The position numbers were made by a program, and so were the translations under genes. Under the pieces are notes generated by a model. The model did no database searches and was not told the origin of the DNA. It saw only the letters and a program-made list of their open reading frames with translations. DNA of 64,000 bases, taken from assembly GCA_016223085.1 (NCBI GenBank), contig JACRPS010000014.1:73269-137268 (forward strand), in the 5' to 3' direction. Positions 38,742 through 47,857 of this stretch are shown in pieces (the stretch's first letter is position 1; each line of letters opens with the position of its first letter). This DNA is from Chloroflexota bacterium (GTDB lineage: Bacteria; Chloroflexota; Anaerolineae; Aggregatilineales; Phototrophicaceae).

Positions 38742-40700
38742 TTAACTGCCCGGCGTGGCTTCCGGGGTGGCCTCGACAGTTGCCTCAAGCGTTGCTTCGC
38801 CGGTGGTGGCTTCTGCCGTTGCTTCCGCCGTCGCCTCCGGCGCTGCGGTCGCTTCCGGTGTGGCTTCCGGCGCGGCAGCGCGGGCAAACGCTTCCAGCAG
38901 CGTGGCGCGCACGTCCGGCAGGTCGCCAAAGGACAGTCCCATCAGGCCGGCGTCCTGCACCAGAGTGTAATTCTGATCGCCGAAAGTGAACCACAGGAAG
39001 GACTGCACTTCAACGCGCCGCAGAGCCGCTTCGCTGACGATCAGCAGCAGCGAGTCGGTCAGTGGGTAACTGCCATCGCCGATGGTTTCCTCTGACGGCG
39101 CAACACAGCCGCTGCCGCCATCCACGCTGACGAGCTGAATGTTGGTCTGATTATTTTCCAGCACGCGCTGGTACCCATCCCAGTTCAGCAGCGCCAGTCC
39201 GCCTTCGACATTGGCAACCGCCGCCGCGCGGTACAGCGGGTCAGCGTTTACCTGAATGTCAGCGCGGATAGGCGTGTTCGCGCCGGTGGCGGCCAGCATC
39301 ATGATGTCGCTGTACAGACCGCCAACTGCCGGCGCAAACAGCGTCACCGCCGTTTCCGGGAACTGGTCGTTGACCTGATTCCAGGTGGTCACGGTGTTTT
39401 CACCCGCCGCGCCCCATACTGTCGCAAGCTGGTTGGTCGTCAGGCAGGCCAGATATGGACTGCTGCCATTGGCGACCAGAACGGTAGCACGGTGGCCGAG
39501 TTCGATGGGCAGCGGCGTGATGTTGTTGGCCTGGCAGTTCTGACGCTGTTCGTCGGTCAGGTCACCGTCTGCGATTACCATATCCACTTCGCCGTTGCAC
39601 AGGCGGCGGATGCCGGCAGGGTCGCCCTGCGGCTCAAAGGTGACGGTCATACCAGGGTAGGCGGCGCTGAACGCGCTGGTCACGCTGTCCAGATAGTCCT
39701 TGCCACTGGCCGAACCGGCGATTGTCACCGAACCGGAAATGTCCGCCGGAATGGTAAACTGGTCGCCACCCCGGCTGAACTGCGATTCCTGCGTCCCTTC
39801 CAGCACGGCGCGGTCCGTTTCGAGCATCCGATCTGATGGCGCTGTGAAGTTCTGCGCTTCCACCACCGCCGCTGCTTCGTCGCTCACGATGAAGTTGAGC
39901 GCATCGCGCAGGCCGGTTTTTTCCAGGCTGGCGCGGTTGACGTAAACAAACAGGCCGCTGCTGGCGCCATACTGGCGATTTTCGACCGCCAGCGCCGACG
40001 GTTCGGTGCAGCCAACAGCATCGTTGGTGTTCAGTTGCAGGATTTTGACCGCATCGCCGGCAGCCTGGGCCGCCGCGAGACTGACCGCGCCCACTGCGCC
40101 ATTGGTCTGGCTGACCGCCGTGATGGTGTCCGCATCGCTGGCCTGAACGGCGGCGTCAGCGCGGAGGGCGTCGCCGCCAACGAGGTTATCCAGAATGGCG
40201 TAGGCGCTGCTATCAGCCGGCGGCACGAAGACCGCGAGCGGGGTATTCGGGTAGTTCACATCCACCTGATTCCAGTTGGTGATGTGGCCCTGGGCGCTGG
40301 GCGCAAAGATGGCAGTCAGGTTGGCGGTTGTCAGGCACTGGATGAAGTCGGTCGCGGGGTTGGCGATAATCGCAACCACCTGATGGCCGATCAGCAGTTC
40401 GGCGAATTCCACGTTATTAGACTGGCAGGCGGCGCTTTCGTCAGTGCTGATCGGGCGGTTGGCGGTGACGACATCGTCCCGTCCCTGACAGAACTGGTCG
40501 AAGCCAGCGTTGGTGCCCATGACGGTCGAACTGAGGTTTACATCCGCGCCGCTGGCTTCCACCAGCGCCTCAAACAGCGGCGTGACCGTGCCGGAGCCAA
40601 CAACCGTTACCGCTCCACCGTCCTGCGCCAGCAGCAGGACAGGCACGAGGAGAAGCGCAAGCAGGACGAACAGCCCGACTCGGCGCTGAAATACTGTCAT
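38742..40700 (-). CDS. Secreted protein with two tandem PstS-like periplasmic binding domains and an EAT-repeat tail
   Basis: Signal peptide; VGSGTV...GFDQFCQG...NRPI...CLTT..L...TNWNQV repeated in degenerate form; C-terminal PEATPEAT repeats. Confidence 0.78.
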   Translation of the reverse strand: MTVFQRRVGLFVLLALLLVPVLLLAQDGGAVTVVGSGTVTPLFEALVEASGADVNLSSTVMGTNAGFDQFCQGRDDVVTANRPISTDESAACQSNNVEFAELLIGHQVVAIIANPATDFIQCLTTANLTAIFAPSAQGHITNWNQVDVNYPNTPLAVFVPPADSSAYAILDNLVGGDALRADAAVQASDADTITAVSQTNGAVGAVSLAAAQAAGDAVKILQLNTNDAVGCTEPSALAVENRQYGASSGLFVYVNRASLEKTGLRDALNFIVSDEAAAVVEAQNFTAPSDRMLETDRAVLEGTQESQFSRGGDQFTIPADISGSVTIAGSASGKDYLDSVTSAFSAAYPGMTVTFEPQGDPAGIRRLCNGEVDMVIADGDLTDEQRQNCQANNITPLPIELGHRATVLVANGSSPYLACLTTNQLATVWGAAGENTVTTWNQVNDQFPETAVTLFAPAVGGLYSDIMMLAATGANTPIRADIQVNADPLYRAAAVANVEGGLALLNWDGYQRVLENNQTNIQLVSVDGGSGCVAPSEETIGDGSYPLTDSLLLIVSEAALRRVEVQSFLWFTFGDQNYTLVQDAGLMGLSFGDLPDVRATLLEAFARAAAPEATPEATAAPEATAEATAEATTGEATLEATVEATPEATPGS

Positions 40701-40831
40701 AGGTCGCTCCTTAAAGAAGGGGGTAAGGCGTTCCACTTTTTGCCGGGACGATTGTACTCTCGACTGCTTAATTGTCCAGCCAAACTTTTGCGGTATCATC
40801 AGTAGGGAGTACAGTTGCCGGAGTAAGATAG

Positions 40832-41257
40832 ATGGATGTTTCGGAACCGTCGGTGTATGAGATTGCGGGTGGGGACCCCGCGTTTCAAAAGCTGGTAGAC
40901 GTGTTTTATGCCAGAGTGGAAGCCGACCCGGTGCTGCGCCCGCTGTTCCCTGTCGATTTGGAACCGGGCAAACGCTGGCAGTTCCTCTTTTTGACGCAGT
41001 TTTTTGGCGGGCCGCCGCGTTATGCGGCGGAGCGCGGGCATCCGCGCCTGCGGCAGCGCCATTTCCCGTTTCCGATTGACCAGCAGGCGCGCGACCGCTG
41101 GCTGGCGCACATGCTGGCTGCAATTGACGAGACCGCTATTCCCGAACCGGCGCGGAGCGAGATGCGAACGTACTTCGAGCGCGCGTCCGCGTTTATGATA
41201 AACGCCGACGTTGAACCCGACAATCTGATGAAATGGCAGCCACCCAAACAATCATGA
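40832..41257 (+). CDS. Group II truncated hemoglobin
   Basis: YEIAGG...LVDVFYARV..DPVLRPLF...FLTQFFGGP..Y...GHPRLRQRH...RWL. Confidence 0.9.
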   Translation: MDVSEPSVYEIAGGDPAFQKLVDVFYARVEADPVLRPLFPVDLEPGKRWQFLFLTQFFGGPPRYAAERGHPRLRQRHFPFPIDQQARDRWLAHMLAAIDETAIPEPARSEMRTYFERASAFMINADVEPDNLMKWQPPKQS

Positions 41258-41679
41258 GCCGCCGAACTGCTTCCACAAAACCGCATAAGCAGGCCGTGCC
41301 GCCACCGGTGAACGTTGTCCGTGACCCTGTCACGCTGCGGCTGGTTCGCGGCGTGCTGAAACTGCCGCGCCCGCTGCGGATGATGCTGGTGGCCGTGTTT
41401 GCTCTGGCGGTGACGTTTGCCGTCAGCCCCGTGATTGACGCAGTATACATCCGCTACTTTTTCAGCGAAACCACACGTGTGGTGCCGTCGCTGGTGGCGG
41501 CTGCTGCCGGACTGGTGATGTATGCGTTGGGCTGGGTGGTGTTGATCGGCACGGTTGGCGAAACGCCGCCGGAGCGGATTCTGGTTTTGTGGTACAGTGG
41601 GCTGGGGCTGCTGGTGGTGGCGCTGGTCATCATCATGCTGGCCGCCGGCTGGATGAGCGGACTCGCACCAACCATGTAA
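41254..41679 (+). CDS. Membrane protein with about three TM helices
   Basis: Hydrophobic segments; ATGA overlap with the globin stop. Confidence 0.7.
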   Translation: MSRRTASTKPHKQAVPPPVNVVRDPVTLRLVRGVLKLPRPLRMMLVAVFALAVTFAVSPVIDAVYIRYFFSETTRVVPSLVAAAAGLVMYALGWVVLIGTVGETPPERILVLWYSGLGLLVVALVIIMLAAGWMSGLAPTM

Positions 41680-41689
41680 GGACAAAATC

Positions 41690-42268
41690 ATGAAGACTGC
41701 TGTCGTGTTTGCCGCATGTGGTTTAAGTTTGTTTGTACTGGCAGGCTGTGGTCAGCAAAGCGACGCCCCGCTGCCGACGCTGATGCCGACTGCGCTGCCG
41801 GCAGAAGCGGCAACGGCCACGACCATACCCACCCAGGCGCCCACCAGCACGCCGCTGGTGCGGGCAACTCTGCCGCCGACCTGGACACCATCGCCCGCGT
41901 CGGCCCAGGAACAGCCGACGGAGACACCTTTGACCGCGAATCAGGAGGTGAATATTCCGGCGGAGAAGCCCACGCTGGAAGCCTGCGGCCCGTTCCGCGA
42001 AGACCGGTCGCGCTACAATCCGCAGTTCGTGGCGGGGACCGATGTCATGGTAGCGTGGGTGCCGGCAACCGGCGCTCCCAGTTATCGAGTGAACGTGGTT
42101 GATGAATCCGGCGAGGAATTTTTTGCCGATTACACCGCCGACAGCACGTATACCTTCAAAGCAGACCTGTTCGAGCGCGGCAAACGCTACGGCTGGAACG
42201 TTTACCCGATGGACGCGCTCGGCCAGCAAATGTGTATCAGTGTAGGCGGGGAGTTGTTTCCGCAGTAA
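41690..42268 (+). CDS. Lipoprotein with Pro/Thr linker and C-terminal beta-sandwich-like domain
   Basis: LAGC lipobox; AAGGA RBS. Confidence 0.75.
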   Translation: MKTAVVFAACGLSLFVLAGCGQQSDAPLPTLMPTALPAEAATATTIPTQAPTSTPLVRATLPPTWTPSPASAQEQPTETPLTANQEVNIPAEKPTLEACGPFREDRSRYNPQFVAGTDVMVAWVPATGAPSYRVNVVDESGEEFFADYTADSTYTFKADLFERGKRYGWNVYPMDALGQQMCISVGGELFPQ

Positions 42269-42275
42269 GCAGGAA

Positions 42276-42301
42276 CGGGCATGAGGCGGATACCATGCCC
42301 G
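42276..42301. terminator. Hairpin between convergent genes
   Basis: CGGGCATG-N10-CATGCCCG; no U-tract. Confidence 0.35.
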
Positions 42302-42313
42302 GATTGGTTTCGG

Positions 42314-42610
42314 TCAACCACCGCCGGCGAACAGCGCGCAGAAGTTCATCGAGGATGGATTCGTGGCGCAGCTTGAATACAACAGCACACCGCCAACGCA
42401 GGCGGCGCAGGCAAGCAGCAGTACCAGACAGCCACACCACATCCCCGGCCCGCCGCCGATGATGGTCAGTACCAGTCCGACCAGGTTAAAGACAGTCGAG
42501 CCGATAAACTGGAAGCCAAAAAACAGCAGCAGAACAACCACACATAAAAAGACGAGGACGATGCTGACGAGCAGCAGCGCGCCAATATCCATATTTTGCA
42601 GAAACTGCAT
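42314..42610 (-). CDS. Small Cys-rich membrane protein
   Basis: Two or three hydrophobic helices; WCGC...CAAC cysteines. Confidence 0.6.
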   Translation of the reverse strand: MQFLQNMDIGALLLVSIVLVFLCVVVLLLFFGFQFIGSTVFNLVGLVLTIIGGGPGMWCGCLVLLLACAACVGGVLLYSSCATNPSSMNFCALFAGGG

Positions 42611-42662
42611 GGTGATGAACCTTTGTGCGAAGCCGGCATTGCTCCTAGCTTAGTCGGTTCAG

Positions 42663-43088
42663 TTATGGTTGGCAACTGCCGCTGAAGGATTCCGCCGCCG
42701 TCCACGCATCATCAGGGCCGATACGGGTGTAACATTCGCAGAAGGTGGCCGGGTCGCCGCTGCCCGCCCACAGGAAAAAACGGGTGTCGGTCTGCACGCA
42801 CAGCGCTGTATCCCCTTCGACGTTGTGCAGCGACGGCCAGGAAATGGCAATGCCGCGCACCCGCGCCTCGTTGATGAGCCAGATACGCGCCTCCTGATTC
42901 GGCGCGCCGCCCAGCATGACGGTGATCTGGCCCTGCGTCGCCAGCGTAAACAGCAGGCACGGGCTGACCATGACGACCGCCCACAGCAGCAGCCCCAGGC
43001 CGCAGCCAATGCGCCGGAGAGGGCTGCGTTTCGCCCGTGGCGCGGACTGTGTTTCCGTCACTGGCGGCTGTACTTCAGCCATTGTCAT
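42663..43088 (-). CDS. Hypothetical single-pass membrane protein
   Basis: One TM helix and a Cys-containing extracytoplasmic domain; overlaps the NUDIX gene end. Confidence 0.6.
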   Translation of the reverse strand: MTMAEVQPPVTETQSAPRAKRSPLRRIGCGLGLLLWAVVMVSPCLLFTLATQGQITVMLGGAPNQEARIWLINEARVRGIAISWPSLHNVEGDTALCVQTDTRFFLWAGSGDPATFCECYTRIGPDDAWTAAESFSGSCQP

Positions 43089-43596
43089 TCTCGCTGAATT
43101 GAAACTGCATCACATCGTTAGTGTCGTAGCTGACGTGGACAAACAGCGGCGGGTCGGTGTCGCGCATGGCGAGCACTCGTGGCAGGATGATAGGCAAATC
43201 TTCGACCAGATCGTAGCGGCTGATCTCGTCACACGGTATCCAGTGCAGCGTACCTTCGTCATTGGCGGTCACGTCGCGGCGGTCGCTGACGGCGGTGAAC
43301 ACAAACAGCATGATGCCGGTCGCCTGTCCCGCATCAATGTTGTACACTGCCCGCAGCCATAGGTCGCGTACCGTCAGCCCGGTTTCTTCGGCAATCTCAC
43401 GGCGCGCGCTGCCGTAGGGGTCTTCGTTGCGTTCGATGTGGCCGCCGAGGCCGTTGTAGCGGTTGGGAAAGATACGCTTATGCGACGCGCGTTTCATCAA
43501 TAGCACGTCACCGCCGTTGGTGACAAAACACAGCGTACGCGGGATTACCAGCCAGCGGCCCTGGGTGGCGTCCGCGCCCTGTTCCTGAGCGCCCAT
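43075..43596 (-). CDS. NUDIX hydrolase, possibly nucleotide-sanitising (MutT/MTH1-like)
   Basis: GLGGHIERNEDPYGSARREIAEETGL Nudix box; EGTLHW. Confidence 0.88.
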   Translation of the reverse strand: MGAQEQGADATQGRWLVIPRTLCFVTNGGDVLLMKRASHKRIFPNRYNGLGGHIERNEDPYGSARREIAEETGLTVRDLWLRAVYNIDAGQATGIMLFVFTAVSDRRDVTANDEGTLHWIPCDEISRYDLVEDLPIILPRVLAMRDTDPPLFVHVSYDTNDVMQFQFSENDNG

Positions 43597-43704
43597 TGCT
43601 TGACCTTTCTCTTGCTCTCTCCGCGCGGGTCAGGATTGCCCTTCACGCCGGTTCGTGATACCCTTCTGCCGTTGTTCACACCCCGTCAGACAGGACAATA
43701 TTCG

Positions 43705-44523
43705 ATGACTCTGGCTCGACATGACGCGCCGCCACCTGATCTGCGTATCCTGCCTACCGACAGCTTGCAGCCCCATGAAGAACACGATTCGCAGCGGGCG
43801 ATGCCATTGATCGAACGGCTGCGGAACGAGCAGTATGTCATTAACCCGCCAATTGTTGCGCAGATGGACGCCAATCACTACGTTATCCTCGACGGCGCGA
43901 ACCGTTTCTACGCATTTTCTCATCTCCATTATCCGCACATTCTGGTGCAGATTGCCAACTATGACAGCGGCTACGTTGAACTGAATACGTGGCGGCACAT
44001 CGTCGGGCGCTGGGAGAAAGAACAGTTCCTCGACCGGCTGCACCGGCTGCCGCAGGTGGCGGTGATCGAAGGTTATGACGAGAACGCCATCGCCCATGTG
44101 CTGTGCCGAGATGGGCAAACGCTGGCGCTGCGTGCTGGCGACCAGCCGCGCGAACGTAATGCCGCGCTTTGCGATGTGGTGCGGGTCTACCAGCGGAATG
44201 CCGTGCTGCACCGCACGGCGCTGACCGAGCCGACCGACATCTGGCCGCTGTACCCGGAAGCGATTGCGCTGGTGGTGTTCCCCAGCTACCAACCGGCGGA
44301 CATCCTGGCGGCGGCACAGCAGCGCGCCTTCCTGCCGCCCGGCATCAGCCGGCATATCATTCACGGTCGGGCGCTGCGGGTGAACTACCCGATTGACGCG
44401 CTGCGCGATACAAACGTTTCGCTTGAAGAAAAAAATGCGCGGCTTCGCCAGTGGATGCAGGACAAGCTGGCCCGGCGGCACGTGCGGTATTATGCGGAAG
44501 CGACCTACCAGTTTGATGAATAG
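43705..44523 (+). CDS. ParB/Srx-fold protein resembling SbnI/SerK free serine kinases
   Basis: LQPHE, NPPIV, YVILDGANR, NTWRH, LPPGISRHIIHGRAL and C-terminal VRYYAEATYQFDE track SbnI as recalled along its length; no HTH. Confidence 0.7.
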   Translation: MTLARHDAPPPDLRILPTDSLQPHEEHDSQRAMPLIERLRNEQYVINPPIVAQMDANHYVILDGANRFYAFSHLHYPHILVQIANYDSGYVELNTWRHIVGRWEKEQFLDRLHRLPQVAVIEGYDENAIAHVLCRDGQTLALRAGDQPRERNAALCDVVRVYQRNAVLHRTALTEPTDIWPLYPEAIALVVFPSYQPADILAAAQQRAFLPPGISRHIIHGRALRVNYPIDALRDTNVSLEEKNARLRQWMQDKLARRHVRYYAEATYQFDE

Positions 44524-44532
44524 GGGAGTGGG

Positions 44533-44970
44533 ATGGAACAGACGGTTGAGCAGGCATTATCGCAGGCTAATCTGGTCAGCGACGGTACGGAATATGCGCT
44601 GGTGAAACTGCCGCCCAAAGCGATTACGGCTGCCGCGGGGGTGATCGCCGCTATCGGCGAACCGTTTTGCGCTCTGATCGCCGACAGGAATGAGGTGAGC
44701 CTGCTGATACCGGCGGAAGCGGTGCAGGATTTTGTCAGCCATCTGCCGGGGCATACGCTGGCGGAAACACGCTACCGGTTGATTACGCTCGACGTGGCGC
44801 TGGAACTGTCACTGGTGGGCTTTATGGCGGCGGTCAGTCGGGCGCTGGCGGATGCCGGCGTTTCGATACTACCGTATGCTGCCTTCACCCGCGATCACCT
44901 GCTGGTGCCGGCGGCGCAGTTTGAGCTTGCCATGAAAACGCTGCAACAGCTAAAATCCGCGCGTCCATAA
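44533..44970 (+). CDS. Tandem ACT-domain protein (CASTOR/ACT_7-like)
   Basis: RLITLDVALELSLVGFMAAVSRALADAGVSI...F.RDHLLVP. Confidence 0.8.
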   Translation: MEQTVEQALSQANLVSDGTEYALVKLPPKAITAAAGVIAAIGEPFCALIADRNEVSLLIPAEAVQDFVSHLPGHTLAETRYRLITLDVALELSLVGFMAAVSRALADAGVSILPYAAFTRDHLLVPAAQFELAMKTLQQLKSARP

Positions 44971-44983
44971 GCCGGGGTAGACG

Positions 44984-45343
44984 ATGGAAATCCCGATTTT
45001 TCCGAGCGACCGCCCGCTGCAACCGAAAGACCGGATTCGGATTGAAGACCTGGAGGTAACGCCGTACCGTGACCGCTTCCGGGTGCACATCCACATTCAG
45101 GTGACGCCGTTCCGGGAGCGCCCGAATCTGCTGCTCGTCGCCCGCGATGAGAACAACCGCATCGTCAGCGAACTGAATATCATCGAGACGATGCATCACG
45201 ACATGGAATTTACGATGCACCTGCGCGGTGTGGCCGACCCCGCCGGGGAGTACATGCTGGCGGCGGACCTGTTTTATGAAACCCGCAACCCGCCGCAGGA
45301 CCGGCGCGAAGTTCGCTTTGAAATCCCCGCAGTGGCGCAGTAG
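44984..45343 (+). CDS. Hypothetical beta-rich protein
   Basis: Clean ORF inside the operon with typical codon usage. Confidence 0.65.
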   Translation: MEIPIFPSDRPLQPKDRIRIEDLEVTPYRDRFRVHIHIQVTPFRERPNLLLVARDENNRIVSELNIIETMHHDMEFTMHLRGVADPAGEYMLAADLFYETRNPPQDRREVRFEIPAVAQ

Positions 45344-45352
45344 GCGGGCACG

Positions 45353-45907
45353 ATGCGCCTGTGTTTGACTGAAGCTCAGGGGCACGCACTGGCGCGATAT
45401 GCGCGGGACGCCGCGCCGCAGGAGGCGTGCGGGTTGTTGGCCGGTGTCAGGGAGCAGGTTGAGGAAGTCATTCCTATCCCCAATGCTGCCGCCGACCCGG
45501 TTCACCATTACCGTCTGGATGATGTCATCTTCGCCCGCACCCTGATGCAGCTTGAAGCGCGCGGCCTGGAACTGCTGGCGATCTATCACTCGCACCCAAA
45601 CGGAGACCCCATCCCCTCGCCAACCGACGTCCGGCAGGCGACCTTTCCCGACACACCTTACGTCATTATTGGCCTGTATAATGGTGAAGCGCGTCTCGCG
45701 GCGTGGCGGGTGCGATACGGCGAAGTGACGCCAGTGGAGGTATACGTTGGTTTGCCGGGGACAGCGCCAGCCGTCCGCGAAGCAAAGCTGTCGCGAGCGC
45801 AAATCATTGCAATCTTAATCAGCGCGATTCTGGCATTTGCCTTTATGATTATTCTATCACTGTCGCTGTTGCCGCCCGCGCCGGTGATTGTAACCCCATT
45901 ACCGTGA
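45353..45907 (+). CDS. JAMM/MPN+ (M67, Mec+-like) metallopeptidase with a C-terminal TM helix
   Basis: PQEACGLL and YHSHP...PSPTD motifs intact; C-terminal IIAILISAILAFAFMIILSLSLL. Confidence 0.85.
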   Translation: MRLCLTEAQGHALARYARDAAPQEACGLLAGVREQVEEVIPIPNAAADPVHHYRLDDVIFARTLMQLEARGLELLAIYHSHPNGDPIPSPTDVRQATFPDTPYVIIGLYNGEARLAAWRVRYGEVTPVEVYVGLPGTAPAVREAKLSRAQIIAILISAILAFAFMIILSLSLLPPAPVIVTPLP

Positions 45908-45920
45908 AAGAAGTGTCCTG

Positions 45921-46736
45921 ATGATGGTTGTGCTGATTGCCGTGATTGGCATTCTGGCCGGAGGGCTTGTCAACCTCCTGGCCGACGATTTGCCGCATTA
46001 CCGCCGCCCGCGCCTGCCACGCTACCCGGACGGTACACCGCGACCGGTGGTCGCGTGGCTGGGGATAACGGCATTCTTGGCGGGCAAGCGCGCCGCGCCG
46101 AACGGGGCAAAACTCTCATGGCGGTATCCGCTGGCAGAACTGGCGACGGCCTTCTTCATGTTGCTCACCTATGCGCTGAAGCACGATGATCCTGACGTCA
46201 GCGACGTACAACTGGTGTTCTGGCTGGTGTACATGGCGATTTTTGTGCTTATCACCGTCGTGGACATCGAACACCGGCTGATTCTGTTCGCCGTGATTAT
46301 CCCTTCGTGCGCGCTGGCAATTCTGGACGCGGTGGTGACACCGACGCGGCACGACCCCAACTTGCAGCGGGCGCTGCTGGGCGGGGCGCTTGGCTTCGGC
46401 ACGTTTTTCCTGCTGTACCTCGGCGGCTTTGTGTATACGTATGTTGCCCGCCAGTTGCAGGGGCGGGACATTACCGACGTGGCGTTTGGCTACGGCGACG
46501 TGATGATGGCAACCCTCAGCGGCCTGATTCTGGGGCTGGAAGCAGTTATCTTCGCCATGTTTATCACCGTGTTCCTGGGCGCGGTTGGGGCGCTGGCGTA
46601 CATCGTCGGCAGCCGGATGGCCGGGCGGGGTTACGCGCTGTTCACGGCGCTGCCTTACGGGCCGTACATTGTCGCCGGGACGGTGATTATGCTGCTGTAC
46701 GCGGAGCAGGTGCGGTTCTTCCTGGCGGGATATTGA
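45921..46736 (+). CDS. A24 prepilin peptidase-like aspartic protease
   Basis: SWRYPLAEL, VVDIEHRLI (first Asp), FGYGD (GxGD), ALPYGPYI. N-terminal CxxC pairs missing. Confidence 0.85.
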   Translation: MMVVLIAVIGILAGGLVNLLADDLPHYRRPRLPRYPDGTPRPVVAWLGITAFLAGKRAAPNGAKLSWRYPLAELATAFFMLLTYALKHDDPDVSDVQLVFWLVYMAIFVLITVVDIEHRLILFAVIIPSCALAILDAVVTPTRHDPNLQRALLGGALGFGTFFLLYLGGFVYTYVARQLQGRDITDVAFGYGDVMMATLSGLILGLEAVIFAMFITVFLGAVGALAYIVGSRMAGRGYALFTALPYGPYIVAGTVIMLLYAEQVRFFLAGY

Positions 46737-46738
46737 TC

Positions 46739-46766
46739 GTAGGAACACGATATATCGTGTCCCTAC
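46739..46766. repeat. GTAG-type REP-like palindrome, copy 10
   Basis: GTAGGAACACGATATATCGTGTCCCTAC; its end supplies the mnmA TAG stop codon. Confidence 0.8.
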
Positions 46767-47857
46767 CCTGAACGTTCGATAATTCCCCCACCCAGCACGG
46801 TGTCACCGTCGTAGACCACTGCGCCCTGACCGGGTGTGATGTCCCGCAGCGGCTCGTCAAACTGCACCTGCATTCGCTCGCCGGGCAGGGGTTCAACCCA
46901 GGCGGGCACAGGCTGCGCCTTGTAGCGGATTTTCACCTCGGCGCGGAATGGTTCGGATGGCGTTTCGCCGCTGACCCAGTTTACACGGTGCGCCGTTAGC
47001 GTATCGCTGCCAAGTTCGTCCGCTGTGCCGACAACCAGCGCGTTCCGATACGGGTTCATGGCAATCACGTATAACGGTTCAGGGCTGTTGACGCCTAACC
47101 CCTTACGCTGGCCGATGGTGTAATTCGCCAGTCCGGTGTGCTGTCCTAACACGTCGCCGTTCTTACGCACAATCGGGCCGGGCTGTAGGATGTCCGGCGC
47201 GTAATCGCCCAGGAAGCGGCGGTAGTTGTTATCCCCGATGAAACACAAATCCTGGCTGTCCTTCTTGCTGGCGGTTGGCAGGCCAAAACGCGCTGCGATT
47301 TCCCGCACCTGCGGCTTGGTGTACTCGCCGACGGGGAACAGGGTATGTTTAAGCTGCTGCTGTCCCAGCACACTGAGGACGTAGCTCTGGTCTTTGCGCT
47401 CGTCCAGCCCTTTCTTCAACACGTAGCGTCCGCTTGCGGCCTGCGACACGCGCGCGTAATGGCCGGTCGCCAGGTATTCGGCATCCAGCGCCAGCGCGTT
47501 TTGCAGCAGGAAGTTAAAGCGGATATGCCGGTTGCATTCCAGGCACGGATTGGGCGTCACGCCCTGGCGGTGCTGGTCAATGAAGAACTCGACAATCGTA
47601 TGGCGAAAGACATCCTTGGTGTCCAGCACGTAAAACGGAATGCCGAGTTTGGCAGCGATCCGGCGCGCGTCGGCCATCTGGTCGGGCGTGCAGCAGCGGT
47701 TATGTACCCCGCCACCGAAGGTTTCCTCCGACCACAGGCGCATCATCACGCCGACAACGTTGTAACCCTGTTCCAGCAGCAGCGCCGCCGCCACCGAACT
47801 GTCCACGCCGCCACTCATCGCTACCACGACGCGTACATCTGCGTTATTGCTCATCAC
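46763..47857 (-). CDS. mnmA: tRNA-specific 2-thiouridylase
   Basis: AMSGGVDSS, TPNPCLECN, ATGHY, KDQSY, DSQDLCF, YTIGQRKGLG, TPGQ. Confidence 0.97.
   Translation of the reverse strand: MMSNNADVRVVVAMSGGVDSSVAAALLLEQGYNVVGVMMRLWSEETFGGGVHNRCCTPDQMADARRIAAKLGIPFYVLDTKDVFRHTIVEFFIDQHRQGVTPNPCLECNRHIRFNFLLQNALALDAEYLATGHYARVSQAASGRYVLKKGLDERKDQSYVLSVLGQQQLKHTLFPVGEYTKPQVREIAARFGLPTASKKDSQDLCFIGDNNYRRFLGDYAPDILQPGPIVRKNGDVLGQHTGLANYTIGQRKGLGVNSPEPLYVIAMNPYRNALVVGTADELGSDTLTAHRVNWVSGETPSEPFRAEVKIRYKAQPVPAWVEPLPGERMQVQFDEPLRDITPGQGAVVYDGDTVLGGGIIERSG

Noticed and set aside
43705-44523. Chromosome-partitioning ParB
   Set aside because: No HTH or dimerisation domain, no parA neighbour; C-terminal half fits SbnI-like kinases better.
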